Below, piece after piece: positions 9,065 to 18,767 of a stretch of 32,000 nt of DNA. Made by a program: the position numbers and the translations under genes. A model generated the notes under the pieces. The model did not search any database. It saw only the letters and a program-made list of their open reading frames with translations, and was not told the DNA's origin. The stretch comes from Candidatus Jordarchaeales archaeon (GTDB lineage: Archaea; Asgardarchaeota; Jordiarchaeia; Jordiarchaeales; Freyrarchaeaceae). The first letter of the stretch is position 1. Each line of letters begins with the position of its first letter. The stretch covers positions 210,001 to 242,000 of the forward strand of contig JAWAHN010000001.1 in NCBI GenBank assembly GCA_038889235.1, written 5' to 3'.

Positions 9065-10135
9065 GTGTTGGGGGAGGTTTACGAGTTTACAATTGAGAGG
9101 CTCCCGGTCTTAAGAGAGAAAGCGGCCGCGGTGCGCTTTAACAGCAAGGTTGTCGAGAAGTTTTGGATTAGCAAGGAGTTTAGGGGGAGAGGGGTGGGGT
9201 GTGTAGTTGGGGTTGATGGTGGGAGAAATTGGATTGAGTGCAAGAATTTTGTTCTCTACATTGTTGACGCTGAAGCTGTAATATTTGAGGACGAAGTGGA
9301 GAAGGGTTCCCTAAAAGTGCTTGATGTGGACTTGCTGTACCCTCACAGGCATGTGGAGGACAGGGTGGCGTCGTACAGTGAAATACTCGAGGGGAAGGCT
9401 GCTTACAAGGCGCTTCAAGAGAGAAGTGATGGCACGGTTTTCATGGATGGCTCGATAATAGGCGTGCTGATAAGGCCGCCCTTCAGAGGTTATGCCCTCG
9501 GTTGGGATTTCGAGCGAGAACTCAAAGAATACGTCGACATCATGGCTTCTTCTTGGAGTGAAGTGCTCGAGGATGCCATTTTCTCGAAGAGGATGCTTGA
9601 GGATGTTGTGAAAGAGTATGGGGAGGCGGGGGGAGCTGCCGCCAGCTTCCTTGAAAATGCCGAGAAGCTTTTGGTTTACAGGAGGCTGCTTGAAGAACAT
9701 GGAAGACGCCTAGTGTTCGTCTCAAAAATGTCTAGGGGTTGCGATTACTTCAAGTTCTCTAAATCTGACATGTCCATTTTTGGCGAGTGTACGAAGGGTG
9801 CGGGATACTCGCTTCCGCTGCACTTGGAAATAAGTAATAAGGTTAAGTGGAGGTTTCCGGTTTTTAACGAGTACTTCAGGGACTTTAAGGTGACGATGTT
9901 CTATGCTAGACTAGAAGAGCGTGGGCCTGTCTTGAGGTTCGAGGTTCCCGGGTTTGCTGATGAAGGGAAAGTGGAGGATGTGTTAGCTCAAGCTGTGGCG
10001 TACTCGGTTTCCGGCTACCCCTACCCGCTTAGGAAGGCACACGAGGAGGTTAAGGTCTCCGACGAGGAGGCTAGAAGGGTTTTCAGGCTTGTAGGATTTT
10101 ATGAGGCTGAAAGGGGGAGAGAGATACTTGAGTGA
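9065..10135 (+). CDS. nurA: NurA 5'-3' nuclease
   Basis: GVDGG and FMDGS acidic motifs, C-terminal GYPYPLRKAHEEVKV. First gene of the herA-mre11-rad50 operon. Confidence 0.9.
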   Translation: MLGEVYEFTIERLPVLREKAAAVRFNSKVVEKFWISKEFRGRGVGCVVGVDGGRNWIECKNFVLYIVDAEAVIFEDEVEKGSLKVLDVDLLYPHRHVEDRVASYSEILEGKAAYKALQERSDGTVFMDGSIIGVLIRPPFRGYALGWDFERELKEYVDIMASSWSEVLEDAIFSKRMLEDVVKEYGEAGGAAASFLENAEKLLVYRRLLEEHGRRLVFVSKMSRGCDYFKFSKSDMSIFGECTKGAGYSLPLHLEISNKVKWRFPVFNEYFRDFKVTMFYARLEERGPVLRFEVPGFADEGKVEDVLAQAVAYSVSGYPYPLRKAHEEVKVSDEEARRVFRLVGFYEAERGREILE

Positions 10136-11609
10136 CAGGATTATTGGTTACGTTATAGGTGAGGCAACCCCGACGGAGGCTTCCTTCATTTCCGTGGAGC
10201 CGCCGAGGCTGGGGGAGTATGTTGTTCTGGAGTACAATGGAAAAAGCGTACTCGGAATGGTTCAAGCGTTGATAAGTGGAAGTGTTTCCCTCAGCAGCGA
10301 TATACACGACCCCCAAGTTGTTGAGAGGATAAGGAGGTTGGAGAGGGGACGAGACATCTACGTGAAGGGGATTGTCGGCATTCTCGGCGACGTAGAGGAG
10401 TTGAAGATTCCGCGTACTCCGCCCCCGCCAGGAGTGGAGATTAGGAGAGCTGACAGCGAGACGCTAAAGAGAGTTTTCGGGGGGCGTAGTGAGACATCGC
10501 TCAGAATTGGAACACTCGTATCACATGAAGATGTACCCGTGTGCGTAGACGTGAATAGAATGGTTTCACGCCACCTTGCAATACTGGCTGTGACTGGGGC
10601 TGGGAAATCTAACACTGTAGCCGTTATAGCTGACGGGATAGTTAAGATGGGTGGGACGGTCGTGATATTTGACATGCACTCCGAGTATGTTGACTCGGAT
10701 ATTGGCGGGGGCCGCGTTAACCCCATCTCGCCTGTTCTCGATCCTTACTCGTTGAGTGTCGGGGAGCTCATGACTTTGATGAACATACGGCCAGAGTACC
10801 ACGCGCAGGAGAGGGCTTTCAGAGAGGTCTACGGGAGGGTTGTGGAGAGGATAAAGAAGGGGGAGGACCCGGTGCTCTTCCTGGAACTTCTCAGAGAGGA
10901 GCTGGAAAACAGCGACAAGAAGGAAAAGGACATCATCCTAAATAAGGTCGACGGGTTCGAGGAGAAGTACTCGAAGGTTATAAAGCCGGGGATGGGTGAC
11001 ATCATAGGCAAGCTCAGGTTGGGTTATGCTAACGTTGTGGACCTAGGACAGGTCGATGAGGACTGTGCCGACGTGGTAGTAAGCCACACGCTTAGGAGGC
11101 TTCTCGAGGAGAGGAAGAAGTTTGTGATCGAGAAAGGGGCTTCGGGCTTCAGACACCCGGTCCTAACCGTAGTGGAGGAGGCTCACATATTGGCGCCTAA
11201 CAGTGAGGACACGTTGTCAAGTTACTGGATTAGCAGGGTGGCGCGCGAGGGGAGAAAGTTCGGAGTTGGACTGTGCCTCGTAAGCCAAAGACCGAAGGCG
11301 TTGAGCATCAACGCACTCTCCCAAGTCAACAACATGATAATATTGAAGCTCGTTGAGCCCTCCGATCAGAGGCACGTCCAAGCGGCGAGCGAGGCGCTAA
11401 GCAACGAGCTACTCGATCAGCTGTCTTCACTTAACACTGGAGAAGCTGTGGTGCTGGGGATGATGGTGAAAGTGCCAGCCATTGTAAAGATAGACAAGTA
11501 TAGAGGTAAACTAGTTGGAGCGGACATAGACGTGGTGGCCCACTGGAAGGGGGGTGAAGCCGTGGAGGAGAAGAGGAAGGAGATAGACGGGCTGCTGGAT
11601 ATGGGGTGA
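10101..11609 (+). CDS. herA: HerA bipolar DNA helicase/translocase
   Basis: N-terminal HAS barrel, Walker A ILAVTGAGKS, FDMHSEY, Walker B VVEEAH, REGRKFG arginine finger, SQRP. Likely start TTG 10128, overlapping the nurA end. Confidence 0.93.
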   Translation: MRLKGGERYLSDRIIGYVIGEATPTEASFISVEPPRLGEYVVLEYNGKSVLGMVQALISGSVSLSSDIHDPQVVERIRRLERGRDIYVKGIVGILGDVEELKIPRTPPPPGVEIRRADSETLKRVFGGRSETSLRIGTLVSHEDVPVCVDVNRMVSRHLAILAVTGAGKSNTVAVIADGIVKMGGTVVIFDMHSEYVDSDIGGGRVNPISPVLDPYSLSVGELMTLMNIRPEYHAQERAFREVYGRVVERIKKGEDPVLFLELLREELENSDKKEKDIILNKVDGFEEKYSKVIKPGMGDIIGKLRLGYANVVDLGQVDEDCADVVVSHTLRRLLEERKKFVIEKGASGFRHPVLTVVEEAHILAPNSEDTLSSYWISRVAREGRKFGVGLCLVSQRPKALSINALSQVNNMIILKLVEPSDQRHVQAASEALSNELLDQLSSLNTGEAVVLGMMVKVPAIVKIDKYRGKLVGADIDVVAHWKGGEAVEEKRKEIDGLLDMG

Positions 11610-11618
11610 AAGAGGTGG

Positions 11619-12776
11619 TTGGAGGTGCTCTTAGCCCACGTTTCAGACACGCACCTAGGTTATAAGCAGTACAACCTTGATGAGAGAGAAGACGACTTTA
11701 ACAAGGTTTTCGAGGAGTTTGTTGACAAGGTCCTAGAAGACCACGTTAAGGTAGTGGTGCACTCTGGAGACATGTTCGACTCCTTTAGACCAACGATTAA
11801 AGCACTGTACACTGCTAAGGAGCAGCTGAAAAGACTGAAAGACAAGAATGTTAAAGTTTTCACGGTTCTCGGCGACCATGACTTTCCGAAGAGAAGAGGA
11901 ATGCCTCCTCACAAGCTTTTCGACGACTCGCTAACTCTCCTAGGCGTCGAAGAGAGGGGCAGGGGTGTTAGGAGGGGGTGTATCGTCGAGAGCGACGGGA
12001 AGGAAGTCTACGTAGGCGGTGTAGTGAACATGACGAGAAGGTACAGGGATGTCTTGTTGAGCGAGTTAAACAGGGTTGTTGAGGAGGCTAGAAAGTACTG
12101 GAGGAGTGTAGTGGTTATGCACCAAGCGGTGAACGTGTACATGGACTACGATTTCCAGCTCTCTGTGAACGAAATACCGACTGGGATCAGTTATTACGCC
12201 ATGGGGCATTTCCACAACAGAAGGAAGATGACGATCGGTGACGGAGTTTTAGCTTATGCTGGGTCCACGGAGATAACGAGGAGAGATGAGATAGATGAGT
12301 GGAAGAGAAACGGAAAGGGGTTCTACCTCATCGACGTCAGCAGTGACATCCCGGAGGTCCAGCCTGTTGAGCTTAGCGTCAGACCGCAGGCAGAAGTCAC
12401 TATAAAGTACGAGCGGCTAAGGGAGGAAGCGGAGGAAGCTGTTAGGGCTTTTAAAGGAGGGGTGAAGCCCATACTACACGTTAAAGTGACTGGGGCAAAC
12501 ATTGACAGGCGAGCAGCTCTAGACATCCTCGAAAAAGTTTTCTCCCACGACAAGGTGCTCCACTGGAGACCTGAGTTTGAGGACGAGACCGTAAGGGAAC
12601 TGGTGGGGTCGAGCTGGAGGACGTTATCGCACAAGGAGCTCTTAGGAGAGCTTTTGGGAGGTGACCTTGCAGAGTTTGCCTGGGAACTCTTCAACATCCT
12701 TAAGGGTGGTGGAAAGGAGGACTTAGAGGAAGCTAAAAAGCTTGTTGAGAGGTTCTTCGAGGAGGGCTCATGGTGA
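11619..12776 (+). CDS. mre11: Mre11 double-strand break repair nuclease
   Basis: Phosphoesterase motifs SDTHLG, HSGDMFD, GDHD, MHQ, MGHFH. Located between herA and rad50. Confidence 0.95.
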   Translation: MEVLLAHVSDTHLGYKQYNLDEREDDFNKVFEEFVDKVLEDHVKVVVHSGDMFDSFRPTIKALYTAKEQLKRLKDKNVKVFTVLGDHDFPKRRGMPPHKLFDDSLTLLGVEERGRGVRRGCIVESDGKEVYVGGVVNMTRRYRDVLLSELNRVVEEARKYWRSVVVMHQAVNVYMDYDFQLSVNEIPTGISYYAMGHFHNRRKMTIGDGVLAYAGSTEITRRDEIDEWKRNGKGFYLIDVSSDIPEVQPVELSVRPQAEVTIKYERLREEAEEAVRAFKGGVKPILHVKVTGANIDRRAALDILEKVFSHDKVLHWRPEFEDETVRELVGSSWRTLSHKELLGELLGGDLAEFAWELFNILKGGGKEDLEEAKKLVERFFEEGSW

Positions 12777-15193
12777 TAATTGAAGAGCTTGAGCTCGAGA
12801 ACTTCGTATCTCACAAGAAGACCAAGGTGAAGTTTGACTTAGGAGTTACATTGATAGTTGGGCCGAACGGTGCAGGGAAAACGAGCATACTTGATGGTAT
12901 AAGTTTCGCCCTTTTTAAGCTCCACTCTAGGGGGAAAGATGAGAACATTGTCAACAAGAGAGCGAGACACGCAAAGGTCAGCCTTAAGTTTTCTGTGCCG
13001 GGGAGAGGAAGGTACATCGCTGAGTGGGACATAGAGAGAAAGAAGGAAGGGTGCAACGTGAAGGGGGTTGTTTACGAGGTAACTGACGGGGGGCGAAAGC
13101 CTATTACTAGGGAGGCTGGGTCGAAAACACTACTTCCGGAAATAGCGAGGATAGTGGGGATAGAGAAGGAGACCTTCGAAAGCTCGATATACGTTCGTCA
13201 AGGTGAAATAGAGAAACTTGTCACCGAAAAACCCGCTGAAAGGAAGAAGCTCATATCCAAGCTTCTTGGAATAGAAGACTTCGAGCAAGCATGGAGGGTA
13301 ATGGAAGAGATAGTGAGAGAATACAGGGAGAAACTTGCGAAACTTAGAGGAATGTTGGAGGAGAAGGAAAGAGTCTCCCGAGAACTTGAGGAGGTAAGGG
13401 AAAAGGTTGCTAGGGTGAGGGAGAGAATAGGAGAGGTGAGGGAGATTGTCAGAAAGCTCAAGGAGGAGAAGGAGAAAGCTGAGGAGAAGCTGAGGAAGAT
13501 TGAGGACGTTAAGAGGAGGTTCGATGGGCTGAGGATAAGGCTTGCTGAGGCTAAGGCGGATCTAAAAGACAAGGAGAGCAAGGTTGATTCCATAAAGGAG
13601 AAACTTGAGAAACTCGAGACGCTGAAGAGCAAGATTGAGAGAAGTAAGGCCGGTTACGAGAGGTACTCTGAACTCGAGAAGGAAATTGAGAGGATCGAAG
13701 AAGAAAAGAGGGATTATGAGGGGGCGAGGGATGCGGTTAAAATATGCGAAAAAGAGCTTGAAAATCGCAGGAAAAAGGAGAAGAGGCTCGAGGATAGTGT
13801 TAAGGATCTCATGGCAAGATGCGCTGGAATATTTGGCGCGGAGTTAAGCATGGAGGAGATTCCAGTTGCTAGCAAGAGAGAGAAAGAGAGAGTTGAAAGG
13901 GAGATCAAGGCTTTAAATGAAAGGCACAGTGAGCTCGTTGCATTGGCGGGCGAGCTTGACGGCAGAATGAAAGATGTTGAAGAAAAAATTAGGAAGCTTA
14001 AAGAAGCTGAAGCCAGGTGCCCCCTCTGTGGGAGGGAGCTGACAAAGGAGCACAAGGAAAAACTGCTTAGTGAGCTCACAGAGCTCGTCACGAGACTCGA
14101 AGAGGAGAAAAAGGTGGTTGAAAGAGAGATAGAGAAAGCTAAGAGAGAGCTCGAGGAAAAGTACGAGAAGAGGAGGAGCCTTGAGGGAGTTGATGTCGAG
14201 GCACAAAGTCTCAGATCAAGCTTAGACGAAGTACGAAGGGAGCGAGGTGAAATTGAGGCTAAGCTTGAAGAGGCCAAGGTAAAGCTTGAGAAACTCATTG
14301 AGCTGGAGAGAATGATTGAGGAAAAGGAGGCGGAAGCTGAAAAGTTCAAGGAAGACTATGATGTTTACATGGAAGCTAAAAGCCAGCTTAAATTGATTGG
14401 GGATGAAGAGGAGCTCATGGAAGCTTACAGAGTTGCTGTGAGCGATGTTGAGAAAGCTAGGATAGAGGTTTCGAACATCGAAAAAGAAATCGACGCTCTG
14501 GGCTACTCTGAGGAAGAATATAACAGGGTGAAAGGGGAAGTGGACGAAGTTGGTGCGAAACTAGAGGAGAAAAAAATGGAGCTTGCAAAGCTCGAGGGAG
14601 AGGAGAGACAGTTAAGTGACCGTGTGGAAAAGCTTGAGGAAAGGATTAGAGAGCTCAGGGAGAAGGAGGCTGAAGCTAAGAAGCTTGAGGCCTTCGTCAA
14701 CCTGCTTGAAAAAGTCAGAGGGGCTTATGGAAAGGATGGAATCCAGAAGCTTATAAGGTCCAGGGCTAAGCCGCTCATAGAAAAATATACGAAAGAGTAC
14801 CTCAACAGGTTTAACCTAGAGTACTCTGACGTTAAATTAGATGACGACTACGAGATAACAGTGATAGGTCCTTCTGGAAGTCAGAGCGTCGACGCTGTTA
14901 GTGGAGGCGAAAGGGTGGCGCTCGCCATAGCTCTCAGAATGGCTATAGCAAAAGTTATAGCGGAGGGTAAGGTGAGCACGATGATAATGGATGAACCAAC
15001 AGTTTTCCTAGATGAGGAGAGGAGAAGGGAGCTCATAGAGATTCTCAAGAAAGCTTTCAAAGAGGAAGCGAAAATTATACCCCAACTGATAATAGTGAGC
15101 CATGACAGGGAGCTTGAAGACGCCGCAGACGTGGTCTACATGGTTACAAAGGAGGGGGGATGGTCTAAAGTGGAGCAGGTTGAGTGGACGTGA
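12770..15193 (+). CDS. rad50: Rad50 SMC-family ATPase
   Basis: Walker A GPNGAGKT, Q-loop YVRQGEI, long Glu/Lys coiled coil with central zinc hook CPLCG, signature VSGGE, Walker B MDEPT, VSHD. Confidence 0.96.
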   Translation: MVIIEELELENFVSHKKTKVKFDLGVTLIVGPNGAGKTSILDGISFALFKLHSRGKDENIVNKRARHAKVSLKFSVPGRGRYIAEWDIERKKEGCNVKGVVYEVTDGGRKPITREAGSKTLLPEIARIVGIEKETFESSIYVRQGEIEKLVTEKPAERKKLISKLLGIEDFEQAWRVMEEIVREYREKLAKLRGMLEEKERVSRELEEVREKVARVRERIGEVREIVRKLKEEKEKAEEKLRKIEDVKRRFDGLRIRLAEAKADLKDKESKVDSIKEKLEKLETLKSKIERSKAGYERYSELEKEIERIEEEKRDYEGARDAVKICEKELENRRKKEKRLEDSVKDLMARCAGIFGAELSMEEIPVASKREKERVEREIKALNERHSELVALAGELDGRMKDVEEKIRKLKEAEARCPLCGRELTKEHKEKLLSELTELVTRLEEEKKVVEREIEKAKRELEEKYEKRRSLEGVDVEAQSLRSSLDEVRRERGEIEAKLEEAKVKLEKLIELERMIEEKEAEAEKFKEDYDVYMEAKSQLKLIGDEEELMEAYRVAVSDVEKARIEVSNIEKEIDALGYSEEEYNRVKGEVDEVGAKLEEKKMELAKLEGEERQLSDRVEKLEERIRELREKEAEAKKLEAFVNLLEKVRGAYGKDGIQKLIRSRAKPLIEKYTKEYLNRFNLEYSDVKLDDDYEITVIGPSGSQSVDAVSGGERVALAIALRMAIAKVIAEGKVSTMIMDEPTVFLDEERRRELIEILKKAFKEEAKIIPQLIIVSHDRELEDAADVVYMVTKEGGWSKVEQVEWT

Positions 15194-15364
15194 AAAGAGT
15201 TGGTTCAGGGGGGCGTGGACTACATTTTCCCACGTAGAAAAGCGCACTGCCATCCATATGCTGGTGTTTCTGCGTGATGAAAGAGGTTTATTTTGGGAAG
15301 GTAAAGCGTTTAATTCCTACAACAAAATCTCTACTTTACATAAGAGAAGTGTCTAGGCGGGTTT

Positions 15365-16411
15365 GTGATGATTAAGGCGTCCATGTCCAAGAAAGTGAAA
15401 GAAGCAGTTGAAAAGTATAGGGCTGGGAGGAAGAGGGAGGCGGTGCTCCAACTTATCTATCTTCTCGGCGACAGCGAGGAGAAAGTTAAGCTTGACGCCC
15501 TAGAAGCTTTGGGGGAAGTTGGCGACGCCGACGCTGTAACGGAAATTTCAAAGCTTGCCGGCGACGAGAAGGAGGAGGTTAGAATTAGGGTGGCGCAAGC
15601 TCTCGGTAAGATAGGCGGTCCGGCTTCTATGGAAACGCTCGAAAAGCTATTGGTTGACAAAAGTGGAGAGGTGAGACTTGCAGCCCTCAAATCTATTGTT
15701 AAAGTTTCCGGTGGAAGAAATGTGGAAGCACTGATTAAGGCTTTGAGCGACGATGACGAGAGGGTTAGGGGTGCAGCCATAGAGGCACTGGTGAAAGTTG
15801 CTCCGAAAAACCACGACAAGCTCATGGAACTTCTTAAAAGTGATGATTGGAGGGTCAGAGCTGGTGTTGCACGCGTCTTCGGGGAACTCGGAGAGACTAG
15901 GGTTAAGGATAAGCTGCTCGATCTACTAAATGACTGGAACTGGACGGTTAGAAAAGAAGCAGCAGAAGCTCTTGGAAAAATAGGTGGCGAAGAAGCGATA
16001 CCCTATTTGAGTAGAATGCTGGGGGAAAAGGAGCCGGAAGTCAGAGTGAGCGCCGTCAGGGCGCTGGCTGCAACAAGGTCCCCTAAGGCGAGGGAGGCTT
16101 TAGAGGAAGCCTTGAAAGACGAAGACGACAAAGTGCGTTTGTGGGCAGTTCTCGCTCTGGGTGAGATAGGGGACGAAGAGACTGAGGACGCATTGATTGG
16201 CACTCTAATGGATGAAGACGTGCAAGTTAAGGCTGCTGCGTTAAAGGCTTTGGCAAAAATTGGGGGAGTTAAGTCCGCTAAGGCAATAGAGCCGCTGCGC
16301 TTCCACCCAGATGAAAACGTCAGGACTGAAGCGGAGAGAGCTATCAAAATGATTGCGTTAAGACACAACATGACCGTTGAAGGATTGCTGAAGAAGGCTA
16401 GGGAATCGTAG
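15365..16411 (+). CDS. HEAT-repeat (PBS lyase HEAT-like) protein, about ten 31-aa repeats
   Basis: Recurring L..LL.D.d..VR..Aa.ALG.iG pattern (DEKEEVRIRVAQALGKIGG, DWNWTVRKEAAEALGKIGG, DEDDKVRLWAVLALGEIGD). Confidence 0.9.
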   Translation: MMIKASMSKKVKEAVEKYRAGRKREAVLQLIYLLGDSEEKVKLDALEALGEVGDADAVTEISKLAGDEKEEVRIRVAQALGKIGGPASMETLEKLLVDKSGEVRLAALKSIVKVSGGRNVEALIKALSDDDERVRGAAIEALVKVAPKNHDKLMELLKSDDWRVRAGVARVFGELGETRVKDKLLDLLNDWNWTVRKEAAEALGKIGGEEAIPYLSRMLGEKEPEVRVSAVRALAATRSPKAREALEEALKDEDDKVRLWAVLALGEIGDEETEDALIGTLMDEDVQVKAAALKALAKIGGVKSAKAIEPLRFHPDENVRTEAERAIKMIALRHNMTVEGLLKKARES

Positions 16412-16412
16412 C

Positions 16413-17381
16413 TTACGGCATCCTGCCGGCGTTTAGAAGCCCTAATTCATACATTTTTTCCTCAAGTTTTTTTAGCTGCTCCTTCGAAAGGCTTGGGAGG
16501 GGGTTCCTGACGTCGGGGTTTATCGGGCGCCCGGCGAGCTTCATCGCGTTTTTCAGTATGGATGGGATGAACTGTGCTGGAGCGATCGATAGAAGTTGCA
16601 AGAAGCTAACTACTCTTGGAAGGAGAGAGCGGGCTCTGGCTATATCGCCGGACCGGTACGCGTTGTACAGTTCGATGGCTGGTCTAGGGTCGATGTTCGT
16701 TGAGCCAAGTATCATTCCACTCGCCCCAGCCTCCATCGCAGCTTGAAGCGTGACCTCTGATCCGGGGAAAACCGAGAAATCCTTTGGAGCTAGTTCAAGT
16801 ATTTTCAAGGTATGCTGAGGGTCAACCACGGTGTCCTTAATGCCAACCACGTTGCCGACCTCTGCTAGGCGTACAACAGTTTCTGGACTAATGTTGAAGC
16901 CTGTGACCGTTGGGAAGTTGTAGATTAGCGTTGGAAGCCCAGTGGATTTGGCTAGAGACGCGTAGTACTCGTAAGCCATTGCGTCCGTTACGGGGAAATA
17001 AGGAAGGAGTATCGCTACTAATCCGTCCGCTCCGAGGCGCTCGGCAGCCTTAGCATAGTTAAGGGATACCCTGAAGCTAAAGTGGCCGACGCCCACTAGG
17101 ACGGGGACTCGCCCAGCTACTTCCTCCACGACGATTTCAATAATTTTGAGCTTCTCTTCGTCTGACAGGTAGGCGAACTCGCCGACGCTGCTCAAACAGA
17201 AGACACCGTGGACGCCGCACTCAACCAGGTAGTCGACGTGGGTTCTCAGAAAGGTCTCGTCAATTTCGCCTTCTCTGTTAAACGGGGTGATAAGCGGAGG
17301 AATAACCCCGTGAAGCACACTTACCACCAGTCGGATAGAAAGCGCGCCAGCAACTTTTTTATTTTTGTGCTCAGGACTCAC
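16413..17381 (-). CDS. DHDPS/N-acetylneuraminate lyase family class I aldolase
   Basis: GVIPPLITPF, SSVGEF, LIYNFP (Tyr), GIKDT (Schiff-base Lys). Likely start GTG 17318 after GGTGG. Confidence 0.88.
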   Translation of the reverse strand: MSPEHKNKKVAGALSIRLVVSVLHGVIPPLITPFNREGEIDETFLRTHVDYLVECGVHGVFCLSSVGEFAYLSDEEKLKIIEIVVEEVAGRVPVLVGVGHFSFRVSLNYAKAAERLGADGLVAILLPYFPVTDAMAYEYYASLAKSTGLPTLIYNFPTVTGFNISPETVVRLAEVGNVVGIKDTVVDPQHTLKILELAPKDFSVFPGSEVTLQAAMEAGASGMILGSTNIDPRPAIELYNAYRSGDIARARSLLPRVVSFLQLLSIAPAQFIPSILKNAMKLAGRPINPDVRNPLPSLSKEQLKKLEEKMYELGLLNAGRMP

Positions 17382-17554
17382 GCCTACCGCTTCGAGTTTC
17401 TAAGTCGCCGGCGGGCGTCTAAGGGAGACAGAACCTACTTTTGCAATGGAAACTGTTTGACCTGCACTTTCGCTTGGCTGAGGTTCCGGCTTGTCGAGCT
17501 AGTTGATTTAAACACTTCCGAAACGTTTTACTGTGAAAACATGTTAAAGGTGGA

Positions 17555-18616
17555 TTGTTCCACGTTGAGGAGGAGCTGTGCATGTTTTACAGGGAAAGAT
17601 GTAATCTTTGTGGGGAGTGCCTTGAGAGGTGTCCTTACCTAGCGTACCCTAGGGAGAGAGCGAGGGAAGAGTTCAGGAGGCTTGTCGAGGGAAAGCCTAG
17701 CCCGGTTACATCTGAATGCATTACGTGTGCTGCTTGCAACACCTTTTGCCCTAATGGGGCAAACCCATTCGATCTCATAAACGAGAGACAGGAGGAGACT
17801 GGAAGTTTTCCCGCCACAGAGAGGGCTATAGGAGCAATGGTTATGGCGGCGCAAACGCCGTCACAAGTCGTGGAGGGTAAACGTGGAATGCCCATATTGA
17901 ACCTCTGTAGCGTCGACTTCATCCCTGGCGTGGTGGAGGGAAGGCTCTTCGATGGATTAACCGTCACAAAGGGGGGCGAGTACTTCTGTTACATAGGCTG
18001 GATACACCTCGGAAGGCCCAGCATGGTTAGAGGAAACGCCTGCAGGTTTGTGGAGAACTTGGCGAAAGTTGCGGGTAGCGTTGGAGCCAGAGAAGTGATA
18101 TGCTACCACGATGACTGCTATGTGATGCTAACCGTCAAGGCTGAAGAGTACGGGCTCTACGTACCCTTCAAGCCTGTTCACATCATAGAATACTTGCTGG
18201 ATTACGTGAAGAGACATGAAGACGAAGTTGAGAAGCTCGACATGAGGGTGGCCTATCAGCAGCCATGTGCCTCAAGGTACACCCTCTGGAAAGATAGGCT
18301 ACTTGACGAGCTCTTTGAGCGGATAGGAGTTGAGAGAGTTAAAAGAAAGTATGACAGGGTTAACGCGATCTGCTGTGGCGGACCTATGACTGGGATGTCC
18401 ACTGTGCCCAGGGAGAAAGTGGAGGAGTGGAAGATGAGGAATGTCCTTGACGCCAAGGAGAGCGGGGCGGAAGCCATGGTTTTCTTATGCCCGCTGTGCG
18501 CCTTAAACTTGAGAAGCAGGGCGAAGGCACAGGGAATAGAGCCGTTTATGCTGAGCAACCTAGTCCGCTTAGCTTTAGGCGAAAAGCTTACGCATGGAGG
18601 AGCCGGGAAAACGTGA
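17555..18616 (+). CDS. Fe-S oxidoreductase with two [4Fe-4S] motifs and a CCG domain (HdrD/GlpC-like)
   Basis: CNLCGECLERCP, CITCAACNTFCP, YQQPC, ICCGG, FLCPLC. Likely start ATG 17582. Confidence 0.85.
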   Translation: MFHVEEELCMFYRERCNLCGECLERCPYLAYPRERAREEFRRLVEGKPSPVTSECITCAACNTFCPNGANPFDLINERQEETGSFPATERAIGAMVMAAQTPSQVVEGKRGMPILNLCSVDFIPGVVEGRLFDGLTVTKGGEYFCYIGWIHLGRPSMVRGNACRFVENLAKVAGSVGAREVICYHDDCYVMLTVKAEEYGLYVPFKPVHIIEYLLDYVKRHEDEVEKLDMRVAYQQPCASRYTLWKDRLLDELFERIGVERVKRKYDRVNAICCGGPMTGMSTVPREKVEEWKMRNVLDAKESGAEAMVFLCPLCALNLRSRAKAQGIEPFMLSNLVRLALGEKLTHGGAGKT

Positions 18617-18767
18617 AGGGGATTCCGTGTAGAAGTTAATTCACTTGACTTACCCGGGACCAGAAAAAAAGCTTTAGGAGCTTATGGTGTCTTTGTAGAC
18701 TCCTCGGTTCTCTGTAGGAGGAAATTTAAGAGCAAACAACGTCTCCCTATAATTTGAGGAGAGCTTT

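Noticed and set aside
9065-11609. HerA + nuclease as an anti-phage system (Sir2-HerA or DUF4297-HerA type)
   Set aside because: The partner is canonical NurA and the genes are in an operon with mre11-rad50, i.e. housekeeping repair.
12811-14700. Long Ser/Leu/Phe-rich antisense ORFs (e.g. 13198..13632, 13714..14349)
   Set aside because: They are shadows of the GAG/AAG-rich Rad50 coiled-coil codons. The same applies to antisense ORFs over HEAT, mre11, herA, aor and mrp (e.g. 28798..29346).
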